From an uncultured Phycisphaerales bacterium (GTDB lineage: Bacteria; Planctomycetota; Phycisphaerae; Sedimentisphaerales; Anaerobacaceae), in the NCBI GenBank assembly GCA_963718665.1, contig OY970359.1, positions 2,048,001 to 2,112,000 of the forward strand: DNA of 64,000 nt, read 5' to 3'. Positions within the stretch are counted from its first letter, which is position 1. Each line of letters starts with the position of its first letter. The notes below the pieces were generated by a model. It saw only the letters and a list, made by a program, of their open reading frames with translations. It did not search any database and was not told the origin of the DNA. Both the position numbers and the translations under genes were made by a program. Below are positions 19,058-28,714 of this stretch, one piece after another.

Positions 19058-19239
19058 TGTCGATAGCTCCTTTAATAAAGTACCACAACAGTATCAGGAG
19101 CAACTTCGGCATTAGTTTAAGGCGACTTGTGGATGGGCGATTACCGGGGCGATGCCAGTATAAAAAAAGCCCTGCTGATGATTGATTGTGTTTTTATAGG
19201 ACGGTAGAAATACTCTCCGCTGTCTGCTTCGGCTGTCGT

Positions 19240-19375
19240 TTGGAATTTGATGTTTTGGTGCTTTGAGTTTGTTTAGGATTTATGGTTTAGAATTTAGGAT
19301 TTTGACCTGTCTTCTGCCTTCTCCCCTGCGTCTTATCTGTCCGCTGCACGCTATACGCTGTCCGCTGAACGCTGA
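19240..19375. repeat. heptamer arrays
   Basis: ttaggat/ttagaat-type units, then tccgctg-cacgcta-tacgctg-tccgctg-aacgctg. Confidence 0.65.
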
Positions 19376-19376
19376 T

Positions 19377-20027
19377 TTAATAGGAGATATTTGCCCTGAG
19401 CCAGTTCCACGGGAACCGTTTGCCCGGACAGTCGGTAACATGTCCGCCTGGAACGGAGCCGTGGCCAAAGACCCTGCTTTTTGGGATATGGTATCGCTGC
19501 TGGAGGAAGCGAATCAGTTTGGCGAGTGATTCCATTTGTCGGGAGGTTGGGGCGGAGTGGTTGAAGTCGCCAATTAAGCAGATTCCGATGCCTTCCTCGT
19601 TTGCCCAGTTTCCCGGCGTGCCGCCGCAGTGGGCGCCGGTCAATTGTCCTCTCCAGCGGTAAGTCGGCTCGACCTCGCCGTCGCCGCTGTCTGTGCCGTT
19701 GCCGATAACGAAATCGTAACCGACGCCGTTCCAGCCGTTGTTCTCGCGGTGCCATTTATCGATTATGGTCGCGTTGCCCTCTGTTGTTGCGGAATGATGA
19801 ATTATTATAGCTGACCAGGCCCTTTCCGTATGTGTCGGCATCCAGCCGCTCGGAACATTTCCGGGTAGCGGCATTGTCGGTCTTGGCTGATACGGTGAAG
19901 GCGTTGTTCTGGGCGGGACAGATGGCGGGGGGGGATAATTTTCATACACGATTTCCGGGCCTCGTTCCTCCTGGCCGCAACCGCTGAATATGAATACCCC
20001 TGAAAGAAGCCAAACCAATCGACGCAT
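19377..20027 (-). CDS. N-acetylmuramoyl-L-alanine amidase (Amidase_2/PGRP-like) lipoprotein
   Basis: Lipobox FSGC, Pro-rich linker, IIIHHSA, GYDFVIGNG, GAH, IGICLIG and TDCPG motifs. Confidence 0.88.
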   Translation of the reverse strand: MRRLVWLLSGVFIFSGCGQEERGPEIVYENYPPPPSVPPRTTPSPYQPRPTMPLPGNVPSGWMPTHTERAWSAIIIHHSATTEGNATIIDKWHRENNGWNGVGYDFVIGNGTDSGDGEVEPTYRWRGQLTGAHCGGTPGNWANEEGIGICLIGDFNHSAPTSRQMESLAKLIRFLQQRYHIPKSRVFGHGSVPGGHVTDCPGKRFPWNWLRANISY

Positions 20028-20084
20028 ATATATTATACCGTTTACACCTTTCTATAAGGATTCGAGACAGGATATTATCGGCTA

Positions 20085-20522
20085 TTAGTGGCTTTGGGCT
20101 GCACTTTTAAGGTGGCGTTTTTCTTTGTATCTTATCATTCGTAAGCTGTTGCCTTTTTTGCTGTATTCGAGGACGTCCATAAATGACCTCATCAGGAGCA
20201 TTCCTCTGCCTGCCGGCTTGTAGAGGTTGTCGCCGTATCGCGGGTCAGGGATTACTTCCGGGTCGAAACCTTCTCCCTCGTCGGTCATACATATCTCGAC
20301 TTTATCCGGCTCAATCGAATAATCGACCTTTATCGCCTTGCTCGGCTCCATTTTATTGCCGTGCTTCACTGCATTTGTAAAGGCCTCTTCGAGGGACAAA
20401 TGCACGGCAAAAATATCCTCTTCGCTAAAACCATTGGCCTGCAAACCGGGCCGGATTTGATTAAAGACGTCAACCACGGCGGAGGGAGTGCTTGCAATTA
20501 CGACTGACCGACTAATCGGCAT
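20085..20522 (-). CDS. anti-sigma factor RsbW-like Ser kinase (HATPase_c_2)
   Basis: EAFTNAVKHGN, DEGEGFD and GRGMLLM motifs. Confidence 0.88.
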   Translation of the reverse strand: MPISRSVVIASTPSAVVDVFNQIRPGLQANGFSEEDIFAVHLSLEEAFTNAVKHGNKMEPSKAIKVDYSIEPDKVEICMTDEGEGFDPEVIPDPRYGDNLYKPAGRGMLLMRSFMDVLEYSKKGNSLRMIRYKEKRHLKSAAQSH

Positions 20523-20623
20523 AAATTCAACACCTGCTCATACGTATAAAACCACCCATAAAACCTATGGTACTGTAAACAGCCCAAACTACCGACGATA
20601 TGGCGTTCCGCATAGCCGATATT

Positions 20624-20992
20624 CTACTGTTCTTTCGTGAAACTCGCGGCGGCCTCTGCCCTGTCAGGTAATATATCGAAAATTTTGGTCAGGCGTGTTA
20701 TTTTGAAAATTTCGTAAATTCTCGGGCTGATATTGCAAAGACGAAGCTGGCCATTCTGTTCGTAAATTTTTTTGCTGACACGAATCAGGAGGCCCAGGAC
20801 GGCTGAAGAGAGGAATTTGACATTTGCAAAGTCAAGGATGAGATTGATTTTTTCGGACTGTTCAATAACCCCCATCAGCGATCCCTGAAGCTCGACGATA
20901 TCGCGCTCTTCAAGGATTTTTTCGTCGGTGAAGGTTACTATGGTTGCCTTTTCGCCATATTCAACGCTGACTCTTGGTTTTAATGACGCCAT
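20624..20992 (-). CDS. STAS domain anti-sigma factor antagonist
   Basis: LDFANVKFLSSAVLG and LRLCNI..IFKITRL motifs. Confidence 0.9.
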   Translation of the reverse strand: MASLKPRVSVEYGEKATIVTFTDEKILEERDIVELQGSLMGVIEQSEKINLILDFANVKFLSSAVLGLLIRVSKKIYEQNGQLRLCNISPRIYEIFKITRLTKIFDILPDRAEAAASFTKEQ

Positions 20993-21103
20993 AACAAAAT
21001 CTCCATAAAACAGCGGTTCCCACCCAAAAACTCAGGCCAAATGGGCAAAATAACAAATTTTGAGGAGCAAGGCAAAGGTTTTTCGGTTTTTTTGAATCAG
21101 CCA

Positions 21104-21455
21104 CCCCCGCCGTTTTGCGAAGCAAAACGAGACGCGGGGGCAGGCGGAAGGGAGAAGGCGGAAGGGAGAAGGCAGATGACCGAGGACGGAAAGCAGGTTC
21201 TCAGGGGAACAGGGAATCAGGAAACATCGAATCCGCCAAGAGGATGGCGAGGTAAACCCTTAATAAATGTCCAATGTCCAATATTAAATGTTCAATGTCC
21301 AACCCGCCAGAGGCGAGGGAAGCATTAGGAAATGTCCAATCCGCCTTCGTTAACCCTCCGTCGCACTGTGTGTTATGTAGGGCAGGCACTATGGCGGATA
21401 AATGTCCAATATACAATGCCCAATGTTGAAGTTACCCCGCCAAACGGCAGGGGGT
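21104..21455. repeat. dense cluster of nested palindromic elements and heptamer arrays
   Basis: 37-bp element copy 2 (21104-21140); ggcggaa-gggagaa arrays; aatgtcc arrays; CCGCC-N4-GGCGG palindromes; a 65-bp nested element at 21338-21402 matching 51191-51254. Confidence 0.75.
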
Positions 21456-21727
21456 GAAAATATTTTAAAAAAACACTTGAAATATAACAAGGGAATTGGT
21501 AGAAACTCCCAAATTCGACGTTTTTTTCTTAAAAAGTTGTTGCATTTGGCAATAGAAAATGAATAATGAGAGAATAATTTCGGAGCGGTTTTAGATAGAC
21601 CACACCAAAATCCGCTAAACGGCGGATAAATGTCCACACCCCTGGGCATAGGAAACGATTGACGTGCATGTGGGCACGGTGTGTAATTGAACATTATGTA
21701 TGGTTTTTTTAAATTAAGGAGTGTGCA

Positions 21728-22120
21728 ATGAAAATCAGTAGGTCAACGGGCTATGGGTTGTTGGCGGCGGGGTATATCGCCAAGAATGAGAAAGACGGGA
21801 TTGTGCTTTCACAAACGATTTCAAAGGAATACAACATACCACTGGAATATCTGCTGAAGATATTACAGCAGTTAGTGAGAGCCAATCTTCTCCGCAGCAA
21901 GCGCGGCCCTCGCGGCGGCTTTGTTCTTGCGAAGGCGGCAAACAAAATCACGATGCTCGAAATCATCGAGGCGGTTGACGGCCCGATGATGAGCCAGTTA
22001 AATCTTGATGAGCACTCAAAAGGCAAATTCAGCAACAAGGCGGAAAAGGCATACGAGAATGGTCTCACGGCGGCAAGGACAGTATATCAGAAGGTTTCGT
22101 TGTCCAGCTTGCTTTCGTAA
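21728..22120 (+). CDS. Rrf2 family transcriptional regulator (no Cys ligands)
   Basis: YLLKILQQL, SKRGPRGGF.L and IIEAVDG motifs. Confidence 0.88.
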   Translation: MKISRSTGYGLLAAGYIAKNEKDGIVLSQTISKEYNIPLEYLLKILQQLVRANLLRSKRGPRGGFVLAKAANKITMLEIIEAVDGPMMSQLNLDEHSKGKFSNKAEKAYENGLTAARTVYQKVSLSSLLS

Positions 22121-22238
22121 TGGCGGTTTGAAGACAGGAATATAAGCCGGCCGGAGAAGATATTTGCACAGACGACCCTGATGGGTATATTGCAGATGGC
22201 TTTTCCGGCCGGTTAATTTTTTGTAAGGAATATGTAAA

Positions 22239-22508
22239 ATGCACATCAAGGAATTTCAGGAGTTCATATCCGAGAAGTACGAGAAACGGGACAGGCAGCG
22301 CGGCGTGCCGAAGACGTTTTTGTGGTTTATAGAAGAGGTAGGGGAGCTGGCGACCGCGCTTGCGGGCAACGACGCGAAGAATAAGGGGGAGGAGTTCGCG
22401 GACGTTTTCGCGTGGCTCTGCACGCTGGCGAATATAAGCGACGTGGATTTGGAAAAGGCGTGCGAAAAATACACGAAGGGCAAGGTGAAGGGGTTTAAGC
22501 CGAAGTAG
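22239..22508 (+). CDS. MazG-like nucleotide pyrophosphohydrolase
   Basis: EEVGELA and EEFADVFAWL motifs. Confidence 0.85.
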   Translation: MHIKEFQEFISEKYEKRDRQRGVPKTFLWFIEEVGELATALAGNDAKNKGEEFADVFAWLCTLANISDVDLEKACEKYTKGKVKGFKPK

Positions 22509-22510
22509 TA

Positions 22511-22735
22511 ATCCGTGACTCGTGACTCGTCACTCGTATTTCGGATTAAATAATTGTCGATCGGCGATTTGGGGATGAGGAATAAGCGATTTCGGATTGC
22601 GGATTGTAGATTTCGGATTTATAATTATGAATGAGGATTTCGCACCTTTGACTGGCAACAATTCCGCAAGGCATTTATGATTGACGATTGTCGAATGTCG
22701 ATTGAGAGATAAGGATTCCGTCGAAGGCGGATAAG
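22511..22735. repeat. heptamer arrays upstream of an AT-rich gene
   Basis: tcgtgac x3-4; gatttcg/gattgcg/gattgta; gattgac-gattgtc; ccgtcgaaggcgg. Confidence 0.7.
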
Positions 22736-22841
22736 AAAAAAAAACAAAAAAAAGGCAGGCAGGACAAAAAATAAAACGCCTTTATAAATATAAAGAAATG
22801 ATGAATAGCTATACCTAACTGTTGTTATAAAGAGCCCCATA

Positions 22842-24224
22842 ATGAAGATATCACAAGTTGAGCCTGATCCTAAAGATGCATGTCTATGTGGTTCAGGAAA
22901 GATATTCAAAAAATGTTGTAGAGACACATATAATACTGACATTAAAGACCATTTTTACGAATACTTCAACGACGGAAAATATAATGATGCCTTAAGAGCA
23001 TGCCGAAGCTGGATTACATGGTATATTCTATGTCACAGAGCACACACAGTTCCATTACTTAATAGTGGAGATCCCAAATCAGCTTATCTTCTTGAAATTG
23101 ATGTAGATGCCTTGAGTTATTTGGTTAGTTTACTTCATCGTTGTTATTATAAAACAGGCCAAAGTAAGCAGTTTCCTAAAGTGCTCGGAACTCTTTCAAA
23201 TGCAATTAAAGATTCACAATGGCAGAACATAATAGTCCGAGAGATGGCGTTCTGGCATTTAATTGATAACGATGATTCTAACCAAGCATTTAAAGAATTA
23301 GAGAAGATCGATATAAGTACATGTACTGACGTGGAGACGCTTACACTTTATTTAGATGTTTCACGGAATTCGACTTCATTTCGTGAAACAATAAATCTCA
23401 TCGACAGGATATTAGCAAATACCCATAAAGAAGATTATATTCTGCAATATGCAAGTTTAAAGGGTTTATCATATTGCTTGATAGGAGAGATCGAAGATGG
23501 ATGTAATATGATTGATGGCGCAATAGCCAGATATAAAAATTGTGAAGCAGGAAAAAAGACTGTTTATGGAAATTCCTTTCTTGCAAGTAACATGGCAATT
23601 CTCGGAGTGTTCAAAGATGATCCCAAGAAAATCACTGAGGCTATAGAAATATACACGAATCAATTAGACTCAGAGTCGTGGACTAATGAAGGGATATCTG
23701 TGCAGATGTATGAAATTGCTAAGTGTTATTCATGGCTAGGAAAATATGATGAATCTATAAAATATTATAATATGAGTTTGCAAAAAGAATCTTCTGAAAT
23801 CACAAAGGTATTTTTTGCAAGGTCTTTAATTAATTCAGGTGCTATCAAAGAGGGGCGAGAACTGCTAGTTTCGATACGAAAAGACGATTTTGATGATGCA
23901 GGCAATTATGACTATGCGATATCATGGTCAGTTCTCGCATTTAATTCGAAAGAAAAGAGTGACATTGATCATGCGAAAGAAATGATTAATCAAGCGAAAG
24001 GGCGACATCCTCTTTTCGAAAATCAAAAAAGAGAAATATTACTAAACTTAAGTGAGTTGAAACCTACGTCTAGCGATACTTTTATTAAAAAAGTTTTAAA
24101 GTCGCTTAATCGTTATATTCTTTTGCGGCCAAGTATATTCGGGGTTGGAATAAATATAAATAGGATCATTGAGGATACAGAACCAAAAATACTACGCCCG
24201 ACCAACCATGATGGTAATGAATAA
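22842..24224 (+). CDS. SEC-C motif plus TPR-like repeat protein, AT-rich and likely acquired
   Basis: CLCGSGKIFKKCC at the N-terminus; helical repeats; visibly lower GC than its neighbours. Confidence 0.8.
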   Translation: MKISQVEPDPKDACLCGSGKIFKKCCRDTYNTDIKDHFYEYFNDGKYNDALRACRSWITWYILCHRAHTVPLLNSGDPKSAYLLEIDVDALSYLVSLLHRCYYKTGQSKQFPKVLGTLSNAIKDSQWQNIIVREMAFWHLIDNDDSNQAFKELEKIDISTCTDVETLTLYLDVSRNSTSFRETINLIDRILANTHKEDYILQYASLKGLSYCLIGEIEDGCNMIDGAIARYKNCEAGKKTVYGNSFLASNMAILGVFKDDPKKITEAIEIYTNQLDSESWTNEGISVQMYEIAKCYSWLGKYDESIKYYNMSLQKESSEITKVFFARSLINSGAIKEGRELLVSIRKDDFDDAGNYDYAISWSVLAFNSKEKSDIDHAKEMINQAKGRHPLFENQKREILLNLSELKPTSSDTFIKKVLKSLNRYILLRPSIFGVGININRIIEDTEPKILRPTNHDGNE

Positions 24225-24301
24225 GATAGATATCGGTAGTTATCTATTAATTAAATTTTCTTTTCTCAACTCAAAATAATTTCTCCGACTGTTTTTTGTT
24301 T

Positions 24302-25579
24302 TTAGTATGCCAGATAGTCGTTTGCTTTGGTTAATAGCGAGGTGGATTTGCCGAGGTCGGAGATGGTTTTTATTTTGGCGGATTTACGCAACTCAATGAT
24401 ACGCTCAACGGTGATTTGTCCGAGGCCGGGGACACGCAAAAGCTCATCTTTTGAGGCCTTGTTTATATCGACGGGGAAATACTGCGGATTGCGTTTGGCC
24501 CAGGATTCTTTTGGGTCGGTATCGAGAGGCAAATTGCCCTGCTGGTCGAAAATGATGTCGGATTCGGAGAAGCCATATTTGCGCAGGAGGAAATCGACCT
24601 GGTAAAGGCGGTGTTCGCGCACGAACGAAGCGTCGATAGTCGATAGTTGATAGTCGTTAGTTGATAGTTTATGGTAGTTAGTTGATAGTCGATAGTCAGT
24701 TGACGATTGGTCGTCCGTCTTCCATCCTTCGCCCTTAAGGGGCTTCGGAGGACAGGTCGCTTTTGCTTCGGCGGATAAATGTTCGCGAGGGGTAAACAGA
24801 TTATTCGAATCTGAGTCACCGATTTTCTGGTATGCGCTGAAGTAGATTCTGCGGAGGTTGAGGCGGTCATAAAGCCCCCACATATATTTGACAATCTCGG
24901 AGTCGGTTTCGTCGGCGGCGCCGACGATAAACTGGGTGGTTTGTTTGACTCTTTCGTATTTATTGCCCCGGCCTGTAAGGCGGCTGATGAGCTTAATCGG
25001 TTCAACGATATCCTCTATAAATCGTTTTTTGTCGGAAAGTTTGGCGAGATATTTTGCGCCGGGGGTTTCGATATTGAGCGAGACGGCGCTTGAGAGTTTT
25101 ACGGCTTCCTCGATTGCGTTTGCGCTTGCGCCGGGGATGACCTTGAGGTGGATGTAGCCACGGTAGTTGCGACGATAGCGGAGGATTTTGGCGATTCGGT
25201 TGAGGCGTTCCATAGTGGCGTCGGGAGTGCCGAGGACGCCTGAGCTGAGGAACAGGCCAAAGACCTCGCCTCGCTTGTGGTAATCGAGAAAGGTGTTTAC
25301 GGTTTCTTCTTCGTTAAGGGTGCATCGGCGGACGTCCTGGTTGGCGCGGAGGGGGCAGTATTTGCAGTCGTTGGAGCAAACGTTGGAGACGAGGGTTTTG
25401 AAGAGGACGCTGGAGCCGCCATTAGGGAGGGTTACAGGATAAATCCAGTTTCCTTTTGCCCCTCGCCTGCGGCGCTCATCGTTTTTGCATCCGCAGGCGC
25501 ATGCCAAATCGTATTGTGCGTCGGCGCTGAGTATTTCCAGCTTTTGCTTAGTATCAGGGACGCTTATTACGGCGGTCAT
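24302..25579 (-). CDS. putative DNA modification/repair radical SAM protein with C-terminal HhH; carries an in-frame repeat insertion
   Basis: DAQYDLAC, CSNDCKYC, YIHLK, REHRLYQVDFL and LLRVPGLG motifs. Confidence 0.88.
   Translation of the reverse strand: MTAVISVPDTKQKLEILSADAQYDLACACGCKNDERRRRGAKGNWIYPVTLPNGGSSVLFKTLVSNVCSNDCKYCPLRANQDVRRCTLNEEETVNTFLDYHKRGEVFGLFLSSGVLGTPDATMERLNRIAKILRYRRNYRGYIHLKVIPGASANAIEEAVKLSSAVSLNIETPGAKYLAKLSDKKRFIEDIVEPIKLISRLTGRGNKYERVKQTTQFIVGAADETDSEIVKYMWGLYDRLNLRRIYFSAYQKIGDSDSNNLFTPREHLSAEAKATCPPKPLKGEGWKTDDQSSTDYRLSTNYHKLSTNDYQLSTIDASFVREHRLYQVDFLLRKYGFSESDIIFDQQGNLPLDTDPKESWAKRNPQYFPVDINKASKDELLRVPGLGQITVERIIELRKSAKIKTISDLGKSTSLLTKANDYLAY
24632..24779. repeat. 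in-frame composite insertion (heptamer array plus palindromic elements)
   Basis: (gtcgata/gttgata)n followed by ccttcgcccttaaggggcttcggaggacag. Confidence 0.75.
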
Positions 25580-25616
25580 AGGACACCTTCCGTGGCGTAT
25601 TTTACCCGCTATTTAA

Positions 25617-26410
25617 CTATTTTTTTTCAGTTTTCGGCTTAGATTCAGCTTTCGGCTGAGTTTCGGTCTTTGGCTGAGGTTTTGCCAAGTACAGTTTCAG
25701 CACATCATCCTGCGACAGGGCAACGTTATAAATCCTGAAATCGTCAATTTTGCCTGACCAGTCGGCTGTGGGATACACTCTGCCTCCAATCATAAAGTTA
25801 CTGATTTTCGGTATCGGTTCCATAGCACCGAATATTTCGGAGACCTTGTCGCCGTTGTGATAAAGGCGGAGCGAATACTCGTTGGCGTCCTTGACGAAGA
25901 CGTAGAGATTCCAGCTTCCGGCGAAATCGCTGTCGCTTGTGGCCTGCCAGTAAACATGTTCCGTGTCGTTACCAATATCAATTGTCTTATTCGGCGAGGG
26001 CACAAAAGCCCGGAGTTTGAGCCAGTTGGGGTCAGGGAATGATATTCCCTCTGTTGGCGCGATTCCCCAGGGGCCGGGCCATTTTTCGTCGGGGGGAGCG
26101 GAGGCGTCCTGGTTGACCCAGAAGGCGATGCTCATCTTGTCTTTTACGCGGCTCCATATAGCGTTTGGTATAACGACGGTTTGCTGGGCTGTGAATTTGG
26201 CACAGCCGTTGGAGTCGAATCCCTCGCCGGGGCACCATATTGAAGAGCCCCCGCCGAAATTCACTGTCGCGTTAAAACCATTACCGCTTGAATCCTTTGC
26301 CGTGTTACCGTCTTTTTCCTCGAACTTCCACCAACCGATGGGTTCAACGGCCTTTACGCAGGCCGGCACAATATTAAAAAAAGTGTTGTTAGTACGATAG
26401 CATTACGCAT
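25617..26410 (-). CDS. secreted LamG-like jellyroll protein; signal-peptide segment out of frame with the rest
   Basis: WWKFEE..G.TAKDSSGNG and GKIDDFRIYNVAL motifs. The SD-preceded ATG at 26410 gives MRNAIVLTTLFLILCRPA* in another frame. Confidence 0.75.
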
Positions 26411-26617
26411 ATCAACCTTTCCTTTCCCGGCTATGAGCCGATTGGCACATTATACTATTTTGCCGTTTAAAATCCAGCCCGAAGTGTTTTCATTGACTGC
26501 GAAAGGGTTTATATTTATCATAGTCAACCTTTGATATTTGAGACCTGCTTAGCAAGGCAGGGGCAGGTTATTTTTTGAGGTTTGGGTGTTTTGCATCGAG
26601 TTTCGAGTGTAAGGATT

Positions 26618-28714
26618 ATGAGCAATTATATAGTGTTAGTAAAACAGGTTCCGGACGTATCGCAAATTACGGATAACGCGTTCGACCCCAATACAGGGAC
26701 GCTGATACGGACGCGCCTCGCGAGCGTCATTAACGAGCTTGACACGCAGGCGATTGCGTTTGCAAACCGGATGAGGCAGCTTTCGGGCGAGAAGGGGGCA
26801 AAAATTGTCGCTTTGACGATGGGGCCGCCGATGGCTGAAGAGGTGCTGCGATATTCACTGAGCAGGTGTGCCGATACGGTGGTTCTGCTTACGGACCGGG
26901 CGCTGGGGGGGGCCGATACGGTTGCGACGGCCAATCCGCTTGCCTGCTCAATCAGGAAAATCGCCAAAGAGCTGTTTAACGGCAGCGATGATTACTTTAT
27001 TGTTTCGGGAATGCAGTCCGTGGATGGCGATACGGCGCAGGTTCCGCCGCAGATAGCGGAGGAGCTGGGAATTTCCTGTATCGCATACGCGACGGATTGC
27101 GCATTCAAAAACGGACGGTTTGAATTTACGCGAATTATAAGCGGCGGAAGCCAGACGGTTGCTCCGAAAAGACCGCCCGCGGTAATAACGGTTGCGAAAT
27201 ATGAGTATCCGCTTTTCGCGTCGTTTTCAGCGACGAGGCGTGCGAACAAGACGAAGGTAATGACGTGGGGCGCTTCGGAAATCAGCACGGCGACGCTGAT
27301 TGGGGCGAAGGGTTCCAAGACGTGGGTGATACGAGTATTTCCGCCCGGTAAGAGCAGCAGGAAGTGCAAGCATCTTTCAGAAGCGAGGCAATTAGCGGAA
27401 ATAATCGTGGAAAGTGTGAAGTCGTCGGCAGGTGCGGCTGAGGCGGATAAACAGGCGGCGAGATACGTTTTGCCAGCGAAGAGAAAAAGCGTGCTGGACA
27501 GGAGCTTCGAGGGGACAGCCAAGGAGAACGAGGACTATAAAATTCTCACCGAGAAATTGCGTGAGCTTGGGATAAGCGACGCGGCGGGCATTGATGAACA
27601 GACGAAGGAAAAAATTGTAGCGTCCGCGAGTGAGCATTTTCACAAGAACGCACTGGATGATATGCTGCTGGGTCTGCGTGCCGTTGAGCCGAGTTATAAG
27701 GGCGAGGTATGGGTTGTCGCGGAGCATCGCGACGGCGTGATTCACCCGGCGACTTTCGAGCTTATAGGCAAGGCGAGAGATTTGGCCGGCTCGGTAGAAA
27801 CGAAGGTGGGCGTGGTAATCGCGGGGTATAATTTGCAGTCAATGGCCGGGGAATTGATTGCGGGCGGGGCGGATAATGTTTACGTAATCGACGACCCGTT
27901 TTTGGCGGAGTTTGACCCGATTGCGCATCGCAAGGTAATAGCCGACGCGGTGAGCAAATACTGGCCTCAGATTGTTTTATACGCAGCGACGCCGCAGGGG
28001 AGGGTGCTTGCGCCGCTTGTTTCTTACAGGGTGGGCTGCGGATTGACCGCCGACTGCACGGGGCTCGATATTCGCGACAGCTCGCGCAAAGAGCAGATAG
28101 GGACACTGTTCCAGACGAGGCCTGCGCTTGGCGGCAACGTTATGGCGACGATTTGCACGAAAAACTCGAAGTCGCAAATGGCAACCGCCAGGCCCGGTGT
28201 TATGAAACGATTGCCTTTTGACACGACCAGAAAAGGCAACGTCATTATTCACAAAGGCAATGTTACAAAAGACGATATATCGCTGGAAATTATCAAAACG
28301 GAGATTGGGGCGGGCAAGGTCAATTTCGACGCGGATGTAATCGTAAGCGGCGGCAAGGGGATGAAGGACAGGGACAATTACGAGCGGATGCTGGATTCAC
28401 TTTGCGGCGCTATCCGGTCGCGATTAAATGTCCCCGTGGAAAAAGGGGCGTCGCGAGCGGCGGTGGAGCAGGGGTTCGCGGAAAGGATACACCAGGTGGG
28501 CCAGACGGGCACGGCGGTGGGGCCGAAGCTTTATATCGCGATGGGGATATCGGGCGCGATTCAGCATATGATAGGCGTAGCGAATACTGAGACAATCGTG
28601 GCGATTAACAGCGACCCCAACGCACCGATATTCAAACAATGTGATTATTATATCGTCGGCACGATTGAAGGTGTTGTGCCAGAGTTAGTCGCTGCTTTAG
28701 AGGAGCGTTCGTAG
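26618..28714 (+). CDS. fused electron transfer flavoprotein beta-alpha (EtfB-EtfA)
   Basis: EtfB motifs VKQVPD, TMGPP, GADT.AT, DGDTAQV; EtfA motifs GLTADC, RPALGG, QVGQTG, GISGAIQH, AINSDPNAPIF. Confidence 0.92.
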   Translation: MSNYIVLVKQVPDVSQITDNAFDPNTGTLIRTRLASVINELDTQAIAFANRMRQLSGEKGAKIVALTMGPPMAEEVLRYSLSRCADTVVLLTDRALGGADTVATANPLACSIRKIAKELFNGSDDYFIVSGMQSVDGDTAQVPPQIAEELGISCIAYATDCAFKNGRFEFTRIISGGSQTVAPKRPPAVITVAKYEYPLFASFSATRRANKTKVMTWGASEISTATLIGAKGSKTWVIRVFPPGKSSRKCKHLSEARQLAEIIVESVKSSAGAAEADKQAARYVLPAKRKSVLDRSFEGTAKENEDYKILTEKLRELGISDAAGIDEQTKEKIVASASEHFHKNALDDMLLGLRAVEPSYKGEVWVVAEHRDGVIHPATFELIGKARDLAGSVETKVGVVIAGYNLQSMAGELIAGGADNVYVIDDPFLAEFDPIAHRKVIADAVSKYWPQIVLYAATPQGRVLAPLVSYRVGCGLTADCTGLDIRDSSRKEQIGTLFQTRPALGGNVMATICTKNSKSQMATARPGVMKRLPFDTTRKGNVIIHKGNVTKDDISLEIIKTEIGAGKVNFDADVIVSGGKGMKDRDNYERMLDSLCGAIRSRLNVPVEKGASRAAVEQGFAERIHQVGQTGTAVGPKLYIAMGISGAIQHMIGVANTETIVAINSDPNAPIFKQCDYYIVGTIEGVVPELVAALEERS

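Noticed and set aside
21041..21694. ORFs 21041-21328, 21201-21416 and 21389-21694
   Set aside because: Translations of repeat-derived DNA with no protein-like features.
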